This document shows, piece after piece, positions 43,101 to 47,382 of a stretch of DNA of 64,000 bases. The DNA is from Schmidtea polychroa (Eukaryota). The position numbers and the translations under genes were made by a program. Where the stretch lies: contig CM097885.1 of NCBI GenBank assembly GCA_044892525.1, forward strand, positions 34,102,001-34,166,000, written 5' to 3'. The notes below the pieces were generated by a model. It did no database searches, was not told where the DNA came from, and saw only the letters and a program-made list of their open reading frames with translations. Position 1 is the first letter of the stretch. Each line of letters opens with the position of its first letter.

Positions 43101-44289
43101 AAAAGAAATAAGTGGTGAAAATTGAAAAAAGTTCTTATAATACTTTTATTTTTATATTTGCTTTGGCATACACAAAAAAAGAAAAATTAAAAATTTTTTT
43201 GCGTAACTTTTGGGGTACACGTACCCCACTTTGTAATCATTGTTTTAATCTAACCGTTATTACTTTAAACTTTATTACAATACTGAATGTTATGGAGATC
43301 TTATCATATTTATTACTGTCAAAACTTACTCCTAACTTTTCTTAAATGAACTTGTAATACGTTCGTAATAAACACATACCAGTTCTTTTATTTGCAGCAA
43401 CTTGTTATAGTGAAAATCACAATTTTATTTTGTTTGTAAAAGAAATAAAATAATTTTGTTGTGGAATGTAACAATTTTCAACAAAAAGGTAGGAAATTGA
43501 TATTCTAGGAGAAAAGTTTATACTTTCTTTATAAAATTATATTTCAAATCTTAAGGATTTTTAGCTTAATCTTTTCATTTCCGATTGCAACATCAAAACC
43601 TATTGTTAATTTTAATTAAAAATAATTAATTAATATATTTTTAGATTAAAAACGCGGATATCATTTATTTAAAAGATCATCATATCAAAATGTATAAATT
43701 CCTACAGGACAAGGATGATAATGTAAAAGGATTATTAGTTCGTTTTTTCTTACAAACGACCCTACCATTATCTATGCTTTATCGTTATCATTCGTCTGCA
43801 TGCTTCTCAGATATTTACACAAAAATGTATCAAACTGAAGCAAAGAGATTCGAAATTCATTTAAGAGCTGGAAATACACATAAAGAGTCTCAAATAATGT
43901 CGGAATTCATGAAAAAATCAACAGAAAGTGTGAAACATATTTCATTTGAAAATAACGGCATGAAACTGTTAGAAGACACTTCCCATGGACAAAGATCGAA
44001 ATCAGTTGGCATGATTCCTACAAATATGATATTACAAGTGGAAAGAAAAATGAATAGACGAGCAACTATAAAAAATATGGAAATAGCTCACAAACAAATT
44101 ATTTCAACTGAATTATCCTTACAATTGTTCAACAAAAAGCTCAAATCAAAACCAGCGGATCAGCACAAAACTAAAAGTAAAGAAAAAAGAATGAAAAATA
44201 TTCAGAATATGGTGCAAATGGGATACTTTAACCGAAAACAAGAATTGTATAACAATGCTAGCGATACCGAAAGTGCATATTCAATTTAA
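1579..44289 (+). CDS. Otopetrin-family proton channel, multi-exon, 5' part outside window (exons 1579-1727, 4190-4468, 4509-5069, 43645-44289)
   Basis: GT-AG junctions are phase-consistent. Motifs VHLIITNILMW, FLPALSEY, QTHFLIDAFRR..KPGR..NTGMW and PLSMLYRYHSSACF match otopetrin family motifs. Confidence 0.85.
1873..2227. mobile_element. Non-autonomous DNA transposon (MITE), Merlin-like
   Basis: TIR GGTACTTCCGTGTTATCTTACCC.. / ..GGGTAAGATAACACGGAAGTACC. 8-bp TSD AAGTATTA at 1865-1872 and 2228-2235. GG termini plus 8-bp TSD suggest Merlin. Confidence 0.85.
5254..5293 (-). ncRNA. Degenerate hammerhead-like motif (Penelope/retrozyme-type end)
   Basis: Minus strand reads tat-CTGACAAT-GACCAG-ataa-CTGTC-GAAA-TATA-TC-gta, the same layout as the motif at 60407 but with a variant core. 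Confidence 0.4.
8150..9467 (-). pseudogene. Old degraded protein-primed PolB (Polinton-type) remnant; probably continues right of 24827
   Basis: Minus-strand fragments TDSLSFL (~9391-9410), LNRSNYIGQTVLNLSKLQMY (~8735-8795), YTDSFF (~8425-8442) and LDTSNYPTDHPFFSRQLGSVIGKFIDE (~8260-8340) occur in pPolB order. Confidence 0.65.
9199..9467 (+). repeat. 269-bp direct duplication, left copy (right copy 24827-25095)
   Basis: GTCGTGTATAAAGAG...GATATAAAAATTA occurs on both sides of Polinton A. Confidence 0.95.
10331..10404 (-). ncRNA. tRNA-like Pol III unit 1
   Basis: A box TAGCGCAGTGG, two GGTTCAAAT B-box-like motifs, T8 terminator. Confidence 0.6.
10564..10637 (-). ncRNA. tRNA-like Pol III unit 2
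   Basis: A box TGGCGCAGTGG, B box GGTTCAAATC, poly-T terminator; 233-bp tandem paralog of unit 1. Confidence 0.6.
10705..15024 (+). CDS. polB: Protein-primed DNA polymerase B with N-terminal zinc fingers and an internal endonuclease VII/HNH-like domain
   Basis: YGDFES, FHNLFGYD, YIDATALYS, KILNNSVFGKT and MDTDS motifs; CWMC..DHDH..YRGAAHKNCN; CxxC..H..H fingers at the N terminus. Confidence 0.95.
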   Translation: MKTGYPIKNFFLKMNCNICNKVFKNKTGLISHLKSKAHLLKENNLNDTNSKVCPKCKGRFLHSGYNKHFENCIGKNREIFTCSHCNFSTKVNFYYLEHIKKCKNKKQNSDDEECHSEGEPDHVEREKYNWDNFNHIDEFQLKINGPATPGEYINKNKKNIKNSFTEALKNYKPTRYNVIKYKIIIKAKYWRGAEEKTTPLDVEIGIPFKYLFSIKGFDKTIKEIIKAAEAKQEEVENELGDSNLVFNSFQTLVIDYWRGLPPNPKSYIPTPFKSKNVINVQNNDNKCFIWSILAHLHPQATNPQRVSKYKQYENELIFPKGFKHPMKLEDIPEFEKLNNLKLNIYEHVIGKEIIPIYISDSGTKDNGAQDNEIYLLILEQENNQHYVLIKNFQAFTSPENPTSGGGTCKRCLYYSTTKNSMIKHTRFCEKDDPALIKMPNSPKMYFKNFSNLLQTVGVLYGDFESINHKQDLVYQYLKIIEKNKLMDLWNSSGEKMKPERMKAFLRKRNKPNSVKKTKQLPSAYKLLFKSNYPELIESREYSILGGTPEEVLNHFTKNINDLEHEIFKILKTKYPQNISNQQQQEYENTSNCWMCKQNILPDEKVIDHDHLKKENNYRGAAHKNCNLNCHTPKFIPVIFHNLFGYDIHLFIKHLAANAKNSFKVIGLTKEKYKSIEYGKLKFIDSLNFLQMSLDAVAKTMKPENFKITREFLEKNNIPLEEYPTCLAKGIYPYDYVDSFERYNETSLPSQEDFYSQLQKNHITNQEYSRANKMWELFKCKTLGEYTSMYLSLDVYILADCFEEFTNSFVLKPYNYITAPSLAWDTMLYTIWTSNIEDADKIIDLLTNLDMFNQIKTNIRGGVSSVMGNREIKARNAITTSRRLSKHPDDPYMKINNEELKELLETMKNPIFILYIDATALYSGIMTQYLPMSDFTEIENPTDDLMKEILSTSKDSPIGYFIECDLDYPDDIKSGTRYFPLAPIRRKIDINELSEWQISQDKPPTMKLLCDQTDRRFFLCHYRLLQFYLSRGMILKKVHSVIRFKQAPFMKAFIEENIRCRNIAKREGNLFKDNNYKILNNSVFGKTMENVDKYTHIELLTNTAKDIKRYNRMLGKPTFKNAQVFSENLTAVELKNYEKTYNKPIFIGFTILELSKLQMYETYYNILQPIYGANISMHAMDTDSMFLTIRTHDLQKDMKENPILSNLINSSGELFSFKDEKPFTPIENGIFIRAKQYSYETFRNPEFITRSFIFKTPETEETITHRYPIFPKEEKPVKDNRCKGIQKSVAKNLSHQDYIDTLNPNHKDKIDEIHQLKSENHDIHLIESQKVSLSNYDDKRFILSDLKTTLPIGNNLIPIIKNLEKLNKLYDTKITDLDIYNVEIIYPEREIEKPLYSQVFNPICLELKYFNTDPEYIKGLSDKEFKDHKLMIHRLAFNHN
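15119..15730 (-). pseudogene. Polinton two-TM membrane protein with premature TAA at 15242-15244
   Basis: Hydrophobic hairpin. The frame continues for 40 sense codons (NQIIQDIKNEVIRLK...) after the TAA. Confidence 0.6.
15739..16749 (-). CDS. Fiber-like/coiled-coil virion protein
   Basis: GDSMKGDLILNGHKIKELSFPTDEADAVNKKYVD fiber-type motif followed by a long coiled coil. Confidence 0.6.
   Translation of the reverse strand: MSSYIPCNRGGGTIKTGFNTEEILTLTENKYINERGDSMKGDLILNGHKIKELSFPTDEADAVNKKYVDGVKKYTDLTTTRIESSLTTKIDSMESKLNNIEQRFNDKFDKLQSLLTEQVVKLNTAILNSKDKQIMNTKFNTIYKIINEMITSFNKRISNLESHGTHINTTHSIRKRAAELEQNKTLLPHTYKHFIEPSLITTNSKEWGVFMVVKIIDPYFFLFDDDNERMKWFVKCDYNSKLEKGDVIMTSYDLPHGDWYVNTHSHGLHKVKSKNIHFSSSLVQYIDLIFYEKKVDVDEVRKALRELYKDILSTRVSFDIRVLVPDGAQKNKVLFF
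16790..17554 (-). pseudogene. Minor capsid protein (penton/PX) with premature TAA at 16910-16912
   Basis: Reading through gives PPN*LPLCRK...ILNQEGELIDFNGEEISMYLHLKQV, a typical penton C terminus; also INIHCDCITGSY. Confidence 0.85.
17603..18067 (-). CDS. Adenain-like cysteine maturation protease
   Basis: GSHWVC, YFDSFG and Q..ICG catalytic motifs. Confidence 0.92.
   Translation of the reverse strand: MTPSILDFLKTFGINAKTNFDLKDYANYLNLKIKILMNDELSSLESPLNIIINYQNSNEKGSHWVCIYKKSIYFDSFGIKPTKEVEDYLLRGSPIDSPNGYTFNSLQVQPLNTKICGILSLYVLYRLNKGEGKGHAQDFESIIQEIYNDLESLL
18090..18980 (-). CDS. PZ-like Polinton core protein
   Basis: C-terminal LLAARKAGHNNL..LLKQGII motif; located in the structural cluster. 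Confidence 0.6.
   Translation of the reverse strand: MVYEERLALLKKLQSEQDKYNKKDTTQHAESIILNEVITQQQGPTIKAIKELEDFNEQAKFKELEDKKQKIKELEWQDKEKESSENHPESHSERNQRKRRRISNVEEEEMFLKTKALKVDPKIRDDLPSIRPTFNTNTEGYQIITINKQNFTLYSNSENKSRIHSQNVYNNEYLDFEFTDDFYRLLCGYSSDDVEEIKKYLNLIRLIRASSKAKYIQDLKNYLNKNEKGYVVTEGEGLISEGGKPNPINLFIELRKLLAARKAGHNNLDSDILKISKDLLKQGIISKDKFNKYTKL
19003..19581 (-). CDS. pX/pVI-like membrane-active core protein precursor
   Basis: EGG/ILPLAALIPAIIAGL amphipathic segment; repeated GKGLYLxPY (candidate adenain sites). Confidence 0.7.
   Translation of the reverse strand: MTTEESLQELINSNKNKSVVIDGKKYFIGKHVKEQVRAKLHEAKEGGILPLAALIPAIIAGLSGAAGIAGGIATTVQKAKESQKTDLEKEKLQTEIDSMKKVGQAKGGVSVGKGLYLNPYEGSRQKSQGKGLYLDPYKGRGLNDFLKNQISTSESLSSKDKEDLKKICKPLKNGCLCKTKNGKGLYLKPFEL
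19598..20389 (+). CDS. A32/FtsK-like DNA packaging ATPase
   Basis: Walker A GSSGCGKN (atypical N), Walker B VIFDD, RGRH and ISQ motifs. Confidence 0.93.
   Translation: MDTWKPILNRHKSKFNNKVFPDNFRLLIVGSSGCGKNVLVLRMLLEDDFLDYNNLIFYSTTINQPELQLLKCGFENKLTKKAIIDIFKNQHRCPEEVFQPCDMVDWYKEKILESDISNKNDYICEEGQEAIQVLFSNKPEDVLHCDLLPKDKKNLVIFDDVVNMKNQEIQKSYFTRGRHNNCNVIYISQTYYALDKNSIRNNSNCFIFFKLDRRDKNMIYNDLFSNVEPDKNMFDMFVDNHWKEKYNYIYLDREEAEIWKSLF
20401..21778 (-). pseudogene. Zn finger-PLA2(parvovirus VP1u-like)-retroviral-type integrase; TAA at 21263-21265 and frameshift near 20880
   Basis: NYTGPGT..DQAALKHDIAY PLA2 motif. The frame stays open after the TAA into AKELH..WSADL..SDKGTEFYN, then shifts to VERLNRTLK..W..FYNNELQK. 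Confidence 0.88.
21808..23100 (-). CDS. Major capsid protein (double jelly-roll, PY/hexon)
   Basis: 430 aa. LFSNMRLKLGSSEIE, L.HLFGF, RPRYILIGF, LNSSYYP and YSIFCINVS resemble Polinton MCP. Confidence 0.85.
   Translation of the reverse strand: MNNINLKIQEKNKLNLDYNKEFTHEIKKNDVLKISPTSGSIANLNRRGDIVFQSLQTSNPIDICNAKLYYKIELEIEANKDITLENNFFPNLFSNMRLKLGSSEIETVLHPGVYSTMLNFILTGCDYKNEYGELTGWIPDVNKGDLDKDGLDVNHGYHKRAELYKSKKFEGYFELKHLFGFLQNYNCILHNVFIEFICNRVEGDKRLFYGAVDTKAKLKLSTLELHIPEWTLNPHSEIKLLERLNSNKSINVNYLNRICSEFSMTEGSTYSIKVANLAYRPRYILIGFKETDSSFQKNNNLFIQKIGDDNLKTIQIQLNSSYYPINRMEFNIENNENIFPYLNYIETCYDFKVEPQLSLEDFKNLYSIFCINVSDQDDRLAINNVDVTLHVTKDSNFKAKVYTLILEEKKIEMKLYGGKISIIENVRGDS
23157..23230 (+). ncRNA. 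tRNA-like Pol III unit 3
   Basis: A box TAGCGGAGTGG (23164-23174), CCGGGTTCAATTTTCG T-arm, T7 terminator. Confidence 0.55.
23387..23459 (+). ncRNA. tRNA-like Pol III unit 4 (tRNA-Cys-like)
   Basis: A box TAGCTTAGTGG, D stem GCT/AGC, CTGCA loop, perfect T arm ATGGG-TTCAAAT-CCCAT, T8 terminator. Acceptor stem pairs poorly. Confidence 0.65.
23625..23921 (+). CDS. Small coiled-coil protein of unknown function; 3' end runs into the TIR
   Basis: 98-aa charged helical ORF with an AAAAATGG start context. Confidence 0.55.
   Translation: MDELKERMRNELNEVKHKRMKRREEEPLEYIKELMVDNEKYRHFYMKVVDVADIRLKKMKQLQERVKELESIIYSLKNDKNSNLDGAVGIDWHSGSNG
23851..24826 (-). repeat. Right TIR of Polinton A
   Basis: Ends in ...TATATACACACTACT; inverted match to 9466-10659. 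Confidence 0.93.
23872..23946 (+). ncRNA. tRNA-like Pol III unit 5 (inverted paralog of units 1 and 2)
   Basis: A box TGGCGCAGTGG, two GGTTCAAAT motifs, T8 terminator. Confidence 0.6.
24827..25095 (+). repeat. 269-bp direct duplication, right copy
   Basis: Same sequence as 9199-9467. Confidence 0.95.
27284..27577 (+). repeat. 5' LTR
   Basis: TGTAAGG...CTAACA. Two substitutions seen by eye versus the 3' LTR. Confidence 0.97.
27578..27590 (+). promoter_or_regulatory. Primer binding site TGGCGACCACGA (tRNA-Arg-like 3' end)
   Basis: Directly follows the LTR and starts with TGG. The tRNA assignment is from memory of Arg-TCG 3' ends. Confidence 0.75.
28518..29070 (+). repeat. ~21-bp minisatellite (AACGATGCCTAATATTTTTAG variants), left arm
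   Basis: Visible tandem array, followed by (TTA)n near 29128-29165. Confidence 0.95.
29437..29795 (-). CDS. Acidic, Cys-tailed small protein, spliced (intron 29739-29779); mirror copy
   Basis: Inverted copy of 36529-36887. Confidence 0.65.
29892..30311 (-). CDS. Unknown 139-aa protein, mirror copy
   Basis: Identical translation to 36013-36432. Confidence 0.7.
   Translation of the reverse strand: MTKKISSTEKPKVVPELVQPVQMFHNYKMYFLKEEINMKLVSPIKLIPTQFQFLTGTLSMLDIKTIDDVFKRLNTNLSCNQNAFFNNRYAKFYDSFDEISFKENENWYITITIQGYKVDNNDVYSPIWKIMSARLSQLF
30420..30884 (-). CDS. TATA-binding protein (TBP)-like protein, copy 1
   Basis: YEPELFPAL..IFASGKIVILG and IYFKTGKCRIMG match the two TBP core repeats. Confidence 0.9.
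   Translation of the reverse strand: MLSNINYRAKTDVSKMVFPIGKPQQLINRSNKYPIIYFKTGKCRIMGCKEIIKASEYNVYDLEIQSITVTSDIGFSCNLNKLAKLIPCFYEPELFPALRYIKYNPMCVNIFASGKIVILGIKNIDYKSIVDNIISEIKSIIEGKEFLDFLLSLN
30989..31627 (+). CDS. A32-like packaging ATPase, copy 1
   Basis: GPSGSGKT, IIIDDL, SRH, ITQN, FKNPRD. Confidence 0.93.
   Translation: MELRNDAVYQIVGPSGSGKTLFVCKLLKSNLFKTKFNNIYWHRGADEEHGLTQSSFCQLKNMKIVKVFDKNWSSRLKKDDVIIIDDLYQEANKEKDFNNLFTKISRHVGVTVIFITQNLFHQGGAHRTRNLNVQYLVIFKNPRDATVIDFLGRQAYPNNRNFLISAFQDATKIPHGYIFLDFTQQCPDDIRVKTDIFNPKGAMVYKQSSKQS
31641..32129 (+). CDS. PW-like basic core protein, copy 1
   Basis: Lys-rich; ends QQGG/FIGALIPLAISLLGG (adenain site plus amphipathic helix). Confidence 0.75.
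   Translation: MFSKTRISGKKQPKVPPTTSYTPSKELITENFPAMNLISKNPKPKSKTTKKVKVVKNHRSFPFFNTLLKAPSMKRNSILQSFPNYVVDDLLDIILKVVKGKIKISKSKKQLLSKHRKPLLSLVNNKNRQQMRKIIYKQQGGFIGALIPLAISLLGGIIGSRS
32191..32461 (+). pseudogene. Truncated integrase 5' copy ending at the fold-back junction
   Basis: Identical to the 33078-34133 integrase up to ILTCID, then diverges. Confidence 0.9.
32488..33132 (-). pseudogene. Penton/PX-like protein, 3'-truncated at the junction
   Basis: FYTILPSNS..PDN..F..L..PI.L.GDWEVAL penton N-terminal motif. The C-terminal half is absent; start codon uncertain. Confidence 0.8.
33078..34133 (-). CDS. Polinton DDE integrase with C-terminal chromodomain; 42-nt intron 33704-33745
   Basis: WQMDL, TDLG|KEFYN after splicing, VERFNRTL, YYVKWHGY..SWI. 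Confidence 0.93.
   Translation of the reverse strand: MEKIWTNPEDEAGFGGVAKLRKRVPNSKKETQKWLSDQLAYSLNKPMRKRFPTRTYKTYGINDLWQMDLMEMIPYSKINNGYKYILTCIDVFSRFARAIPVKAKSADEMSKAVNHLFKDGHPKNLQTDLGINIIIFIIIIIILGKEFYNSKVKQILNKMKINHYSVHSQYKAAHVERFNRTLRDRLKKLFVHQGNKKWVLVLPKIITSYNHSSHQGLNGLRPIDITSKTIYSKKPEKITKPKYKVGDHVRISKISASPFIKNFDTNWSDEVFVISKINTKQNPVMYVIKDNDNNIVQGKFYEQELQVIPPPKVFRIQKILKTKNKGKDKQYYVKWHGYQNPSWISEKDLVK
34195..34683 (-). CDS. PW-like basic core protein, copy 2
   Basis: Mirror of 31641-32129. Confidence 0.75.
   Translation of the reverse strand: MFSKTRISGKKQPKVPPTTSYTPSKELITENFPAMNLISKNPKPKSKTTKKVKVVKNHRSFPFFNTLLKAPSMKRNSILQSFPNYVVDDLLDIILKVVKGKIKISKSKKQLLSKHRKPLLSLVNNKNRQQMRKIIYKQQGGFIGALIPLAISLLGGIIGSRS
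34697..35335 (-). CDS. A32-like packaging ATPase, copy 2
   Basis: Mirror of 30989-31627. Confidence 0.93.
   Translation of the reverse strand: MELRNDAVYQIVGPSGSGKTLFVCKLLKSNLFKTKFNNIYWHRGADEEHGLTQSSFCQLKNMKIVKVFDKNWSSRLKKDDVIIIDDLYQEANKEKDFNNLFTKISRHVGVTVIFITQNLFHQGGAHRTRNLNVQYLVIFKNPRDATVIDFLGRQAYPNNRNFLISAFQDATKIPHGYIFLDFTQQCPDDIRVKTDIFNPKGAMVYKQSSKQS
35440..35904 (+). CDS. TBP-like protein, copy 2
   Basis: Mirror of 30420-30884. Confidence 0.9.
   Translation: MLSNINYRAKTDVSKMVFPIGKPQQLINRSNKYPIIYFKTGKCRIMGCKEIIKASEYNVYDLEIQSITVTSDIGFSCNLNKLAKLIPCFYEPELFPALRYIKYNPMCVNIFASGKIVILGIKNIDYKSIVDNIISEIKSIIEGKEFLDFLLSLN
36013..36432 (+). CDS. Unknown 139-aa protein
   Basis: ATG ORF preceded by TATAAAA (~35973) and TCATT. 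Confidence 0.7.
   Translation: MTKKISSTEKPKVVPELVQPVQMFHNYKMYFLKEEINMKLVSPIKLIPTQFQFLTGTLSMLDIKTIDDVFKRLNTNLSCNQNAFFNNRYAKFYDSFDEISFKENENWYITITIQGYKVDNNDVYSPIWKIMSARLSQLF
36529..36887 (+). CDS. Acidic, Cys-tailed small protein, spliced (intron 36545-36585)
   Basis: ATGACTACAGAAAAAG|gt..tttag|AATTT joins in frame with the TTG-started 93-aa ORF. Confidence 0.65.
37256..37725 (-). repeat. ~21-bp minisatellite, right arm (about 4 units shorter)
   Basis: Inverted copy of 28518-29070. Confidence 0.95.
38770..42215 (+). pseudogene. pol: Gypsy pol (PR-RT-RNaseH-IN), -1 frame to gag; frameshift near 41120 and stops in IN
   Basis: LLDTGA, YLDD, DTDAS, GHII, FSSPYHHNTNGVIER, YEGPY. The frame is open from 38758. 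Confidence 0.93.
42211..42504 (+). repeat. 3' LTR, preceded by PPT AAAGAAGGGGGGA
   Basis: Direct repeat of 27284-27577. Confidence 0.97.
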
Positions 44290-45229
44290 TTACTTTTATA
44301 TTTTGATTGACATAAAATAATCTTTAATGTTCATATTTGATGCTTTTTATTCTTACAATACTTTTAAAATATATTTTAATTTGTATTTTATGTTATATTT
44401 TGTAATTTTATAAAATTCTGAATTTTATTAGATACTTCTAACATCAGAATATTTGATAAATTAAATTATTAATATGTTAAAGGGGAATTTTTAATTTGGC
44501 GTATTTCATAAGATATTTAAAATATCTAAAAAGTGGATTTTTAATTTAAAAAAATTTATTTTAAACAGGACAGTGGAGTCGGTAAAAACATTTGACTAAA
44601 AATCAGATTCCGACTCCACAAACTTAAATAGGCATTTTGATTTTATGGTGTATTAATAAAAACGAAAAATTATATAAAGAAATTGTGAGGAATCTGAGTG
44701 TTTAGGTGAATTGGAAACTAATATTTTTTGAATCATGGTTTTCTTTCCACTTTCCTTTAAAATATAAGTTAACGCCTTAAAGAAAACTACACTTTAAAAT
44801 TACTTTTAATCGCTATTTACTATGACATATTGGGTAAATTAGAACATTTATAACAAAAAATATGGAAAATATTTTCGTAGACTACTAGTGCCATCTATTG
44901 TTGAAATGCGTCACTACTTCCAGGATAATCATTATAGAAAAACAAGAAATCACGCCTTTAACAAGTGTACCCATGTGAGTACAGTGGGAGGTAATATGTT
45001 AAATGAGGAAAAGAGTAGTTAAAGGATTACTAAACTTAATAATAGGAAAAGAATTAATTTTTATTATTATTACCATTTTGTAATATTGTTAATATGAAAA
45101 GTTAAAATACTAACAATATATATTACTCCAAAAAAGAAATATTATCAAAACCGGTAAATTGGTTGGGGAAGGATGTTGAAGATATGAAAAGCAACTGCGA
45201 TGGGGATGTGTGTTAAAGATGATTCACAA

Positions 45230-45560
45230 ATAGGTTTTTAAAGCTCGACGAAATCTTTCAATCATGTTGTTAGTCAGAGGTTGATAAGCAATTGATCGTA
45301 AATGTAGAATATCAAACTTTTTGCTTAATTGTTGGAATAAATGTGATTCTAACTGTGTTCCTTTGTCAATGATTATTGACTTAGAGACACCTTATCGGGA
45401 AATCCAGTGTTACGAAATTGAATTTGCCACGATTTTGGCCAAAATACTTTTTAAAGGAACGGCCTCAAAATAACATCTTGATGACAATCATTCCTAAAAA
45501 GTAAGAAAAACCACTTTTAGAAGATAAAGGACCGACGAGGTCGATATGCATGATTTCAAC
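45230..45560 (-). pseudogene. Decayed Gypsy integrase fragment
   Basis: IDLVGPL..HWISR*G..IIIDKGTQ..IERF on the minus strand. Confidence 0.7.
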
Positions 45561-47382
45561 CTTATTTTTGGTCAATTAATGAATCATAGATGGTTTGGTT
45601 GTTTTGTTTTCATTATTCGGTGTTAAGCAATAACCTCTTTCAAAACTTTGAGCATGAACCCAACCTTATTTCTCTTTTAGATAATTTATTTCCAGATTAT
45701 TTAGTTATTCGGTTAAAATTTTAGGGTTTTTGGAAATTTTGGATAGGGTTTCTCCCATATTTTTCTGGATATTACCTATGAGTATTTTCTATCAGTATTT
45801 TCATCAAACCAATTTTTTATCATCATGACAATTATCTAATCTAGATTATTAATTCGTTGTTAATTATCAGCAATACCTTATCTCTTCACTGATTTTATAC
45901 ATTATAGGTAACGCCGGTAATCTGATAGTCCTAAATTATTAAAAGTCTGGGTCCTCAGTGTTTTCATCAGTATTAGTAACTAGGTGGGCTTTAAGACAAT
46001 CCTCAGATAGGTCTGTTGAATGGTAATTTCCTATCTATAACTTGTCCAACTGCGGCCCAAAATAGTACATAGTCCCAACTTTTCAAATAATTTGGATTAC
46101 CAATCAATTGTTTCGAGAGTCACATGAGCATTAAAAAATTATATAAATTAGAACGAAAAGAAAATGAACTAAACCTTTATTGCATAAAAATTACTATAAC
46201 ATCACCATAATAATTAAATTAACAATAGGTAAAGTACGTACATAAACAAATTTTGTCAATTAAAGGTGTTATATAGTAAGTTAGAAAAGAGCTTCTTTCA
46301 ATGAATTCGGGCGCATATTTATACTAATGTCTGGAGCTCGTACACGCATTCTCTGCTACTCTATTAAATTAGTGTATTTATTTTTATGATTATTAGAATG
46401 GCCTCGTATACATACTCCGATATCAACTTATATTTTCAGTTTATTTCAGAATTAACTTAAAATTATTTTTCTGAAACTATTTCATTTCCCAACACGCTGT
46501 GCATTGTCTGATATCGCGAATTTATTAATTGTTTAAAACAACTAGAGTGTTTATTAAATTTATTCTTTCATATTTTAATTTATTTAGTGTATTTTATTCC
46601 TATTTTCCTGGGAATTGTTCTAGAATTATTATTATTTATCTTAATCAACTTATACTCTCAATGATCATTCAATTTTTTATAGTTTTATTTTATTCTTTAA
46701 TTTATTATTTTTTTCTTAATAATGTTGATCCCTTCACCTTCTCGTGTTTCATTATTACTGCTACGTGTTGATCCTCAAGATGTATTGCGTATTACTTGAG
46801 GTATGACCTTATATTTGAATTCAAATTAATGCGACTGCGTGGGCATATTTATTGAAACATTTAAACAAATTCAAAATTTGCACGATCTCGATTCCGATAA
46901 CTTTATTTTATCTTTCTATTTATCTTGAATCAATCACAAATCTTTTATTTATTGTTTAATTTGTGTGTGATGTTTAACAATGAAAAGAAAATTTAAGAAA
47001 ATTAAAAAATAAATTTTTCGATTTATGTAACTTTGATCTCCTTCAACTTTGATTGTATTTTTAATTTAACCGTTTAATTTTTGAAGTTAAGATCGCTTCC
47101 ATAAAAAATATATCACATGTATTGAACCGATATTTCCATGTATTAGTGAGGTTAGTACATGGAAATATCGTTTAAAAGGAAGATACAACAAATATTAATA
47201 AAATCAATAAAAGTGCAAAATTAATTACAACTTACTAAAAATCAAATTGATAGATGAGTTCAAGAATTATAATGAAAATTTTATAAGTAATTCACAAAGA
47301 AAGTTAATGTGAAAAAACAAATTAAATAAAATTAATTAATCTGTAATAGAAAGCTCAAGCCCATGGGAAGCCCGAAGAGCAG

